A stretch of DNA of 64,000 nucleotides from Botryllus schlosseri (Eukaryota), in contig CM119377.1 in NCBI GenBank assembly GCA_051294905.1, positions 20,708,001 through 20,772,000 of the forward strand, written 5' to 3'. A program made the translations under genes and the position numbers. The notes under the pieces are model-generated. The model worked only from the letters and a program-made list of their open reading frames with translations. It did not search any database and was not told the DNA's origin. This document shows positions 45,865 through 57,702 of the stretch, one piece after another (within the stretch, counting starts at the first letter, position 1; each line of letters starts with the position of its first letter).

Positions 45865-46530
45865 TTACACTGGTCTACAAATTTCGAAAAAAATTTGACG
45901 CCAAAAATTTTTATCAGTGATTTTAACTAATTTAAGGTTGCTGAAGACGACTCTGTGCTCAGAATTTCTCTATCACGTCGGATTTTTTTCATGTGATTTT
46001 TTCTCATTTTCATAAATTAATAAAATTTCGGCTTTCGTTAGCGACATCACGGTAAGCATGCAACAGCGACAGATCATGAAATCATCTATCATAAAACCTG
46101 GATTGTTGTAGTGCAGAATGAGTGAGTTTTCGGTGAACTTGAAACTAGTGATTCTCTATCTTCGTTCAATCAGACGCTCTTTCCGACCCATAAAATTACA
46201 ATGGTCTACAAATTTCAAAAATAAATTTGCCCCAAAAATTTTAATGATTGATTTAAGCTACTGAATCCGATTTTGTGCGCAGCATTTCTCTATTACGACA
46301 GCTTTTTTCGGTATGTATTTTTCTGATTTTCCTAAATTAATGAAATGTCAGCTTTCCTTAGTGACATTGCGTGAAAGGTACAACAGCCACAGATCAAATA
46401 TAGTATTGCAGTCATCTATAATGGTGAAACCTGGGCTGATGTAGAACAGCATGACTCAGTTTTCGGTGAACTTGAATCCATTCGTTCTCTATCTTTTTTC
46501 GATCAGGACCTTTTTTCGACCTTAAATTTA
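45865..46530 (+). repeat. Diverged tandem duplication, period about 331 bp
   Basis: ttaca(c/a)tggtctacaaatttc at 45865 and 46196, with collinear shared blocks (atttctctat, acagc.acagatca, ttttcggtgaacttgaa, ttctctatct). Confidence 0.8.
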
Positions 46531-48329
46531 TACGCAGATGCAACTATTTTTAGTCGGTAACAGCCGGCACATGACCCAAATATGTGGCCCTTTGAGGTTG
46601 TTTTGAAACAGTTAAAGAAACCGGATGCTTGCTTTTCAAAAGAAAAAAGTGCTTATCATGATAACTTGAAAGAATTTATCATTAATAATATTCCTCTTCT
46701 CCAGTTTTCATATGCTGTCACATTTTATCGGAATTGAGGAAAGCTATTTCTGAACAGTTTTTCGTTTGGTTTATTGCCATGATATAAAGGGCTTCTTTTG
46801 CATTGTCTATTATAGACAACCAAATGAGTAGAGACTGCTTACTAACAGCTCAACACGAAACCCCAAGTGCGTGTTACTTCACAATATAAATAATATGCAT
46901 CGGCCCTAACACAGTCGATCCGTCTCAACACAGTATCGTCTGTGGCCTACATCAAAAACCCTGTGTTCTATGATGGAAGAGAGCCGGAGATGAGCAATGG
47001 TTAATTTCTAGTGATGTTTTTAAATGGTTTCGAGGGTTTTTGTTAGTGTTTTGCGTGACCAGTTCTAAATACAAAAAGCTTTACAATTTTGGCGGTTTCT
47101 GATTTGCCGTAATATTTTGCTATGAATTAGAGTTTCTCGAAGTGATCGGCGTTTCTACTCTAGTAGCACAAGTAACGCCTTACATTTCTATTCAATCACA
47201 AGTGGAAGACTAAATGAAAGGTCTGAGAATTACTAAAAGTAAGTAAATATCTAAGTATATTTGGTCGGGGAAAGGGTGGTCGCATACTTTCGACAGTTAG
47301 TCGGAGGTGGCTACATATGAAATCGCATGATGCATCGTCGCAGCTAATGCAAAATGACTATAATTACACCACACATGGGTAGAATATTCGAAAATATATA
47401 TTCAGTTATCGTGATTCAGAGGCTAATTCACGCGTTTCTAATGACAATTTAATTCACGATAGTGGTGCAATGTTATCCCTCAACTACTTTCTACTTTACA
47501 AAAACCAAATTAGTTCATCAAGAATAATGTTCCGGTGGATATTGAAGTAGTTGTGAAACATTAATACTTCAGTAAGTACTGCAAGTAGCTAAAATCTACT
47601 TGAGTACTTCGAAAATGTAGAATTATTCAACATATATAATATCTGAAAAACGTGATGTGATAGAGCAAAAATAACGCCAGATTCGTATTCATCGCCCAAA
47701 GAAGTCCTGGCGGAAAAATCGTGTTGACCAGTTTTATCAACAATGGGTATATTAACACTAATATAACTCCAGGACGTATAGTCAGGAATATAATATAATA
47801 TGAAAGTGATCGATTTTAGAACAGTGACATCTACCTGCTGACATTTTACGGAATGAGGTTACCAATGTTCAGTCGACCTAATGTGAGCGAAACAGGCGAT
47901 CAGTAGGTGTGGTGGCGTCGTAATAACTAACCCTTTTCGCACATAAGCCTGTATGTCAATGCAATGATTGCCGACATCGATCGAACGACTTTCAACAATA
48001 GGAAAGCGCTATCGCCACCTTTTGCGGTATTGATTTACACAGGAAGCTACTTTTACGTCGAAAAGGTTTCAGTTTTATGTAAGTGAAATGCAACTCGGCC
48101 TTAACTATATGACATTCCCGATTACAAAAGAATAATAATAATAATTATCTTGAATAAACACGCATTTTTGAATGTAAATGTAACTCCCGTACTCAAGCCT
48201 TGGAATACGTACAGGGTAAGGCTGGCTGAACCGTACGGCGCAAATGAAATATATTTTGATGAATTATTACGACGCGCGCGAAATGAACAGAGAAATGTTC
48301 TCGAGACGTACGAAATGTGTAATATAACG

Positions 48330-48600
48330 CCAGTGCTCAAGCGCTGACACACACGCGTACCTGATATAGCTTGCAAATTGCGCGCACGCGAACGCGCATA
48401 CAGATTGTAAATCACACCCACGCAAAAAAAACCCTCACATAAGTTGTGAATCTCGAGCGCATACACGCATAGATATTGTAAATTACACTCACACAAAAAC
48501 CCTCCTGATATTAAGTTGTGAATCTCGAGCGCGCGTGCACACGCGCATACACTCACCTGATATACGTTGTAGCTATGCGCACGCAGACAAGAGGTAGTTT
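48330..48600. repeat. Degenerate (CA/CG)-rich minisatellite related to the 50.0-52.2-kb array
   Basis: Approx. 45-55-bp units such as cctgatat..gttgt(a/g)aat.tcgagcgc...acac. Confidence 0.7.
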
Positions 48601-50404
48601 AAGTTTATATATTGAACGCACGCAATCTCGGATTTAATTTATGATGTAAATCAGTAGTTCCGAAAGAGGGCGGTAGAGTGAGGGAGAGAGTTGGACGTCG
48701 CAATAACATTTTTCAACTAGTTGGTTATCAGTCAGTTAAGTAGAAACATTTCAAAACTCCCCCTAAGGTGGATATTCCCCCCGGTTGCGAACCACTGCTA
48801 CTTCGTTATCCATACACACCTGATATAGGTAACTGCTCCTCTACCTTTTTACGGGTGTGAACCATGTAAGTTGTTGGTGCTCTTGTTGTTTGTTGTCTGT
48901 TTGTTTGTTGTTGTTGTTGTTGTAACGATCTCATACCACCTGTGTACATGTACATAAAAAGCCAATCGATCGAGGCAATATTGCGCGTTAACGTTGCCAG
49001 ACGAGTAAAATGTTCATGGAATGGAGGTATTATATTGTATATGAATATGAATATGGTATATACATACATGCATAACGAACTAGAGATGTTCGTAAAGATT
49101 TGGAATTCCAACCGGACAGGATTCTGGCAAGTTTTTCCGAAGCAATATTACATGTGGATTCGCATTTCTGCCTGGATGGGGATCAGGACATGATTATGAA
49201 TTCCTATTGCAGTGGTTTTTAGCCGGGGTTCGCAGACCTATAGGGGTCAGAGCAGATGTGGTCAAATTAGTCGTCGTTGGTCTATAAGTAGAAATAATGT
49301 CGCCAATTTCTACTCAAGTACAATGAGGAATTGGTAAATAAGTGAGCGTTCTAGGCTTAGTTTTGCCTAGAAAATTAAATTGTAGCCATCTTGAGTATGT
49401 TGTCGAAGTAGGCAAAACCTACTTCAGTATCCATGTAGAAGTCGAAGTAGCCTAACATGTAAGCAGCGTAACTAGAAAAAGTAAGCAGGATGCGTATTTT
49501 TACATCAGAGATGAATGCAGATGGATACTGGATCCCTACAGGGTCAGGATACTGTTTTATCGAAACTGAACGGATCCGATCCGGATACCGAAAAATCATG
49601 ATCCAAACATCACTGACATGCACCATATAATGGTGGTACGTAGCGCATACAAACGCACGCACGCACTTAGTTCAGGAGTATTTGGTTGTATTATGTCATA
49701 GGCTTTGATTGGTCACTAGTTAACACTAACTACTGGTGGTCGAAAGCTGTATGAGTAACGACTGAAAGGTAACCATACGACGGAATTAAAGCTGTGTTTG
49801 AGCTAGGCCTGAAAGGTAGCTACATACGACGGAAGAATAGGACACTAATTTATCACTAATTGTCGTACACTGGCATCTCTGCCTGACAATTTATAAGTGA
49901 TAGCTGCATGTAACGAAAGAGCTGGACATTGTATAAAGACACTGTATTATCATAAATTGTGACACACTGGCCCCTCTGCCTGACAATTTACAAGTGATAC
50001 CTACGATCCTTCGATGTAGATTGCGCGCACGCACAATCCTGGCCGTAATAGATTATAAATTGTGCGGACGCACGCTACACACACGTCTGATGCAGGTGGT
50101 CAATTGCGCGCACGCATACATTCATGAACATACCTACCAGAAATCAGATTGGTTGTAGTTTTCGCACGTGCACTGCACACTCTCACCGTTACATGGGTTG
50201 TTGCGCGCGTTAAAATACGCATCTGATACTTACTACGAATTGCGCGCACACATACTCGCAAACGATGTAGGTTGTAAACTATGCGCACACACACTCGATA
50301 GTGTTAGAGAGCGATAGAACACTCATCTGATACTTGTCATGAATTGCGCACACACATACACGCAACCCCCGTAGGTTGTAAACTATGCGCACACACACTG
50401 GATA

Positions 50405-51904
50405 AGGGTAGGTCACACGGTACCGAAATTCGCTAGCGACTTCGTTTCTTTCTTTGCTCCACTCCTTCGCTAGCAAGCGCTAGCGAGGTCGCTAGCGAGG
50501 TCGCTAGTCAAGTCGCTACCAATGCGTTTCACTCGCGAGCTCGCTAGTGAATCTTGTTGTAACAGTATTACGTCACAGCTGGGAAAAAATTATAGTGATA
50601 TATGGATCAGTTGTTCGGAGACCTCCGCCGTGTACGGACCTAGCCTAGTAGGTGATACATTGTAGCATAGACCTGTATGGCATTTGTAATAACAAAAACG
50701 AATCTTATGACATTCAAATAGGTGCAAATGTTGGCACTTGCAACCACAAGAATTCCAATGTTTAAATTAGAACACAAGGTATGTAAATTGGTAACGACAC
50801 GGGCCGTGCAATGATGGACGAGGAGATTACTAAATACGACCCAACTCATGCTTGATATGAATCGATCAGGGCTTCTACTGGATATACTTTTCCGATTTGA
50901 TCATCGTGGTCACTTCATTCATCAAACAGCTGTTGTGCCCTACAAAGCTCTCCGCAACTGACCAACACCAAGCCAATCGCAGTTATATAAATCACTATGA
51001 TACCGCATTTGACTGCTGAAAAATGTGTTCATTTATTGAATGCCACTGCCAGTGAAAGTGTTGCCTCTGCAAATAGCTGTCAGTAATGCCTTGGACTGTG
51101 TGTGCAATGTGCATAAAGCATTTTATTGTTGTTTCAACTTCTACCATGTCATCCGATCGGCTAACATATCATGCTTGTACGGCGGAATACCTTTTCGAAT
51201 GATGCCCCATGCAGAAGCTTTGTAATAAGTAGGGCTGGGCACAATGATTCGAGTACTCGAATCTGAATCGAGTTTTAATTTTAATGATTAGAGTCGAGTA
51301 GTAAAATACGATTTTTTCGAGTACTGAATATACGCTTTTCGCAAGTGAAAGTTAATTTACTAACTAGAATTATAGTTTTGATACTATATTCCACTGAGGA
51401 AAACCTTGAAACCTTGATTAATCGTGTCGCAGCATACGAGACATACTACAAAGCTACGAAGGTTACTGGAAACAACACATTTCCGAAATCATGATCCTTC
51501 CACAACATTGTCAAGAAGCGCAGTGAAATCGGTATGGTCAACAAAATTCCAATGTATCTTTAATGTGACGGAGAACAGGCATTTTGTTCTTTGTGGTGGC
51601 ATAAAACGTACATATTTGAACTTTGACAAAGTACATTCTGTTGTGACGTCATAATGAGTGATACTCGAATACTCGACTCGACTCGAAGCATAATACGTGA
51701 TTCAGAATCGAATCACTCCGGTACTCGATTTTGCCCAGCCCTAGTAATAAGTACCGTACCGGCGCAGTTTCTCGCTTCGAGAAAGACGTACTGTACTCGG
51801 TTAACCTTTTCCCACCCCATGATGACGTAACACTCGTCTTAGTGAAAAAGTGAGATTGTCGCGAGTTTTGTCGCTAGTGAATATTGTACGTGTGGCCTAC
51901 GCTT
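50405..51904. mobile_element. Non-autonomous TIR element (Harbinger-like GGTCACAC terminus, CGCTAGCG subterminal repeats); superfamily unresolved
   Basis: Ends agggtaggtcacacggtac / gtacgtgtggcctacgct, with TA on each side. Removing it rejoins the minisatellite unit (cacacactggata|gtgttagcgagcg). Confidence 0.75.
51230..51743. mobile_element. hAT-type MITE (TAGGGCTGGGCA TIR, GAGTACTC repeats)
   Basis: Perfect TSD GTAATAAG (51222-51229 and 51744-51751). Confidence 0.93.
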
Positions 51905-54900
51905 TAGTGTTAGCGAGCGATAAAACACTCATCTGATACTTGTCAGGAATTGCGCACACACATACACGCAACCCATGTAGGTTTTAAACTAAGCGCACAC
52001 ACACTCGATAGTGTTAGCGGGCGATAAAACACTCATCTGATACTTGTCATGAATTGCGCACACACTTACACGCAACCCATGCAGGTTGTAAACTATACGC
52101 ACGCACACACACTCGATGGTGTTTGTAAATTGCGCGCATGCACAATTGCACACACCCACTTCGAGTGTGTTGTAAACGGCGCGCACTCACACGCGCCGGA
52201 GAGTGTTAATTGCTCGTGCATAAACACGCAACTCAGACATGTTGTGAATTACACTTTCGCTTAGAAATGATACCTCTGCGAATAATTTTACCGATTAATT
52301 GTCGCTGAAATCATGCGGTACAAGTACGCGGCGAAAATGATAACTTGTGTAACGCAAGCGGTGCGAGACGACCGAGAGTGCGAGAGCACGCGCAATAATA
52401 GTCGCAGACGAACGCCTGTTATAGGATTGAACACACCGTTGATAATATTTTTTGATAAGCAGGGCCGTAATTTCCGCACCCCGACCTCCCAATTGTGTTT
52501 TAGGGCGAATTGTTCAACTTGAACAAGTTTCTTGCGTGATATCATGTTGTAGCATTTTTAGATTTCAATTTGAGACCTCCCAGAGGTCGATTCGGGTCCA
52601 ATACCGTCGTCATGACAAAATTGTCTTCCATTCACATTCACTGATTGGGCCATTTGAAGGGACGATACAAAGCTATGTCGTGCGATATTTTGTGGAATGA
52701 TCCACTTTATGCGCATGCAGGCGGCTGCCTGACAGCGTGGGTAATGAAACCACAACAAACAGGAGGTGATTATTGCATTAATGTAATCGACTAGGATTAA
52801 GATTACTTGCAAAACACGTAAGTACGACTACAGCAAATCAAGACTAATAATACGATCACATGGCCAATGTAATCACGATCATTTACGACGACATTTCTTT
52901 CATCTTGCAAAGTTTTTAAATTAAGCCGCTATTTGCATGTTACGCAAAAATATCTCTCGCACAACCTTACTACGGACAGTTTGTCGCTGTCGCCACATTC
53001 GCATTGGCTGCGACACATGCTGATACGATATAAGCGGGTGCATCGTGGTTGATTGGAATCTGGAATAGATAGTGATAAAAATGCTTCCCCTTTCAAGTGG
53101 GTCATCGCAGTATAAGACAGCATAAACAAGATATTGTGTGGCAACACAAGCCCTGCAATCCACGTGATACGGATACACGGATACTTTGCGCCACCGTTAC
53201 CAATAACTCAAATGTTATAATTGCAATTTATATCAGCCACCTCAGGGTTATAATTCGAAGAGTGCAAAATTTCCAATTTATTGATCCTTTTCCACTAAAT
53301 GCACCCATTACACACCCTTGCGTAACAGTAACATGCCATCTGGCTGTACCAGTGGTTCTTAAGTTTGATCTCCTGGCGAACACTTACAATAATACCCCAC
53401 AATAAACACCCAACTAGTAACTACACATCTAATGCATTACTATAGTCACTGTTGCACAAATGAACTGTGCACCGAATGAGTGTTAAAAGAACAAAACCAT
53501 AGAAATATAATTTCGCAATATACGGCCTACTCCTTGATCAGATTACGCCATAATCCCATAGTCAGCAGTCCTTGTAAATATACGGAGCAATCGTTCATTT
53601 CAGAAGCAATTGATTACATCAGCAAAATATTGGTTGGCTTTGAAATTGTTAAACTATAATCTGTACATGATTGCTTGAAAATACTGTAACCGTCGTCATA
53701 TACTACGATTAAATATCATGATTACAGCATATGAACCACAGCGCTATTGCTATCGCTGGCGGCGTTCATCGCGGCGTGAAATGATTGAACACACGAGGCA
53801 CACACGCGCATAAAGCAATGCGATGCGCGGCAAATTCAATGCGACGAGTTTGTGACTGTTCTGACTGAGACAGTAATCATTCGCGGCTATGTCTGTCTAT
53901 TTAGCTATGATTGAGACGCGGCTCGCCACTAACTACGCTTTTCCTCAGCTCATTAGCTCACTGGCATCACATTTTCAACCACACCACCGAGCTCAATGTT
54001 GCGTATAAAACGACCGGCAATTAACAAGCCAATAATAGCCAGTACTGACACTGATGACAATAACCGATAAACAATAAACAGCTTATCCGTCTTATCTAAT
54101 TATATTTAGCTACGAAAATACTGAATTATAGAAGCGAAGCGTGACACTACCCGTCACGAATTGCTGTTTTAACATGTTTACTGCAACTATAAGGATTAAG
54201 CCTGATACAACACTGATATCTCCCTAGCCGACTAACATTGCCTATGGAATCAAGATATGACAAAGCGCTATAGGTTGGAAAGCTTGGCGTGGCTAGTCAC
54301 GACTCACCAATGAGAAAGCTATCACGCATCGAACGGGTTCACTGCTATCCCAGAGGTACAGAGTCAAAAATGAGTTGGATTATGTAGTTATCACACAAAC
54401 ACCCGGATTTCATAGTCTGGATTCGAACTATAGTCGAAATGATATTTATTGATCTAATTTTTATATGATTGTAGCTTTGAATCAAGTGGCTTAACACAAA
54501 TGAAGCATATTACCATACACAAGACTATGCCGTGAGCTATCCTATGCAAGGCGAGGCGACGCTCCCTATGGGGAGGGGACAGAGGTTCGGCGAATACGTT
54601 AGTCTGAAAACATTAGCATTCAGCATATTTCAGATAAGGCATTCAGTTCCTGACGGCGTCACAGCAAAATTTGTCATAGGCTGCTTCCAGAGAATTAGTG
54701 CGCCGACCGCCATGAGACACAATGTCAAGTAATACCTGTTGGAAGTTCGAAGCGACCACCTGTTGGAATGTCGAAGTGACCACCTAATACGGTCTATCAA
54801 AATAACATCACCTAGGCCTCCTGGTACTACAAGAATTAATTCCTGGTGTATGTCTCTACTGTGACAGAGTTCGAGCTTGATCTTGATACTGCACGTCTTA

Positions 54901-56062
54901 TTACATCTGCACCAATAATACTTACTTCATCGCATATTTCTATTGACCCTGGGAATAGGATTATTGCCACCCTAGTTCCTATGTAACGGAAGTAGAGGAA
55001 ATGATGTTAACGGGATACTGTTGTCCGTGTGTCGATTGTGATTTGTAATGATCTCGCAATGCTGCCCGTTGCGCGTCGCTTGGCGATTGTTGTGGAATAT
55101 CAAATGCATTAAAACATACCTACGTATTTAACGCATCAAAAAGTTGCCTATATCGACACGATGGTGAACCGGGCATAGGTTGAATATAATCATCTGGTGA
55201 GTAAGTCATAGTGCGATACTTTCATCCTATAAACAACGACAACCGTCCAAATAAAATGAGTGCAACTGAAGTACAGTCGATTAGACTTAATCCAGATTCC
55301 AGACACTTTGTTTCCGCTCACTTTTGCTAGAATTAAGCGGAGAAACGCATTTGACCGAATTGAATGTGTAAAGGACGACAACTCATTGGAAAATCTATAT
55401 TGTCAAGTCGCAAATGAATTGCAGCAGCCCTACATTGCGGTAATCGGAACTGATCGCATAAAACGTAAAGAAGGTATACCGTTAGATTAGTTGTATTGAG
55501 CAATATTACGAAAGTAAAGTACTCAAATACTGCATACTGTGTTGATCTGTAACCTACAGTAGCCTACAGTAGATCATCAAATACAGTAGCAAATCAGGCA
55601 GCAACGGCTGAAAGAGTATTTCACTTGATAAAATTATACCACAAAGCAACATGAATTAAAAGCTAACACTTTCGTAGCGATAGAATATAATTAATGAGAA
55701 AGGTAACAAGCTAAATGGAGGCTGGATCCGGGATTAACGGCACACAATGCTTCGGCAGGCCCGCTACTGACATGAATTTTTTACTTTTGTTCCGTACCCG
55801 AGAATTTTGACAGAATAAAGCGGATTCGACTGTATGTCGCTATTTATTTTATTTGCAATCATTCCGGACATATATTGGCGGTTCATGAAACTGCCACATT
55901 ATCCAAAAGAGTAACGTGTACCAAAAACTTGAAGAACAACATCAATTTTCCATTCAGCGGATCTTGCAATACTTACAATAACGACATACAAATATTTATT
56001 ACTGTCTTGTTGAACGTAACGTAATATCACGAGGGTTATGTGTGGTCCGCAAGGGACTAGGC

Positions 56063-57702
56063 CAGTGGTTCTCAACCAGTGTGCCAGGCACGTCTTGCAA
56101 GTGTGCCGCGAGCGATTTCTTCGAAATTATTTGCAAAATAATTCTAGTCTATAGAAAACAATCAATAACTAAATATATCTTGATTTGAAGTTTGCATATT
56201 TGAGAAATCTAATTTGATGTTATGCCCGCAATCAATATCCTCGCGAATTCACTTTACCCGACGTATCGCGTGCCTTGAAGGCTGTTTCAGTTTTGCACAA
56301 TATGTTGATTGATCGCATAGGAGAGCAGACATGACGACGCCCTTGTGGCAATTCAGTTTTTTTAAATTGTCTCCCCAATCACCATCGAGAAATGAACTCC
56401 TTTGGAAGTGACGTTCGCGTTTAATCGAGTTACAAATATAGCAATCCACATTGCGATTGTTAGGTAGCGTGCCGGCACTTAAAATGTAGGCTTCTTTCAT
56501 CAGACTTGAACAACTAGAAATTTTCAGTTTTTCCAAATAAGATTTGAATTAGATTAATATCATTTCGTGCGATCTAACTTAGTGAAATTAGACAACTAGA
56601 ATTATCTAGTTGTCCAAGCATATACTTGGAAAACTAGAACATCTTCTGATTTTCCAAATTAGATTAGAATTAGCTTACTGGCATTTCGCTCTAATTTAGT
56701 GCTATTAGAAAATCATAATTATCTAGTTGTACAAGTCTGTCTTGCACAACGTTGTGTTACCAGCGACGAAGACGAGAATTGAAAAGTAAGGTTGACAAAA
56801 TTAACGAACTTTCCCGCCGCTGAGGTTATTATCGAAGTCGTTTACCAAAACGTTTGAAGTTTCCACGAGATCGCAACATTTCGGTCATGTCGTAGCGGAT
56901 GTAGGTAACATTATTCTTCCGAATTTCACTGGAATTGTAAAAAAATGTTTGGGACTAAAGCTGCAGATGAATTGAAAACGACCCCATGTAAAATAACACC
57001 ATTCATTAGTATACCTATTTGAGAAATACTAGCATAGTTGGGTAGCTATATTTGACCATCTACATAAGACGAATTCCGGTATGCAAGGTAAGAATGAAAT
57101 TTCCTATCTTTATCAAACAAAATGAGAGCTTTGCAAGATAAATTGGAAGTGTGGTCAGTACGAGCGTAAGCAGGAACTTGTAGCATGTTCTCCCAAACGA
57201 ATGACACTTAACAAGCCAATCGTGCCATTAGTTGTTCAGTACCTCAAATCTTTGCACGGTCAAAAATTGCCGTAAAATTGCCTTTGGCCAAATATAAAGC
57301 GTGACCAAACCCGAAATGCAGTGAGCCGTTCAATCTCGCTGTGTCCACACCATTTGGACACGATGGTAGCATTAGCGAATGTGCGTCAAGACATTGATAT
57401 GCGCTAGAAGTCCAGCGCAAATTTCGCACTGACCATGTTTGTGATTAAATTCAATAAATTGTTTTGTTTTCGCGAGAACTGTTCAATTTAATACAGAAAC
57501 AATTTGGAATGACTGCAGAGGTGATAAAATTAGTCAGCGTTACTATTGAAGTGGACGCTGCTAAGTATTATGGTATAGTTTCAGGTGCCGTATGGCAAAA
57601 TAGTTCACCACCACTGTGCTGGACTGCTGGAATGCTGGTGTGCCGCGCAATATTTTTCATTTTCAAAGTGTGCCGCGACGTCACAAAGGTTGAGAACCAC
57701 TG
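56063..57702 (+). mobile_element. Internally deleted Buster/Charlie hAT with transposase remnant and an approx. 120-bp internal tandem repeat
   Basis: TIR cagtggttctcaacc. Perfect TSD GACTAGGC. 57048-57154 reads IFDHLHKTNSGMQGKNEI/SNKMRALQDKLEVW (Buster/ZBED5-like). Repeat units start at about 56512 and 56632. Confidence 0.9.

Larger units (their letters stand above)
50020..52250. repeat. (CA/CG)-rich minisatellite, 104-bp higher-order unit, split by a nested insertion at 50405-51904
   Basis: acactcatctgatacttgtca.gaattgcgcacacac at about 50320, 51925 and 52029 (period 104). Confidence 0.85.
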
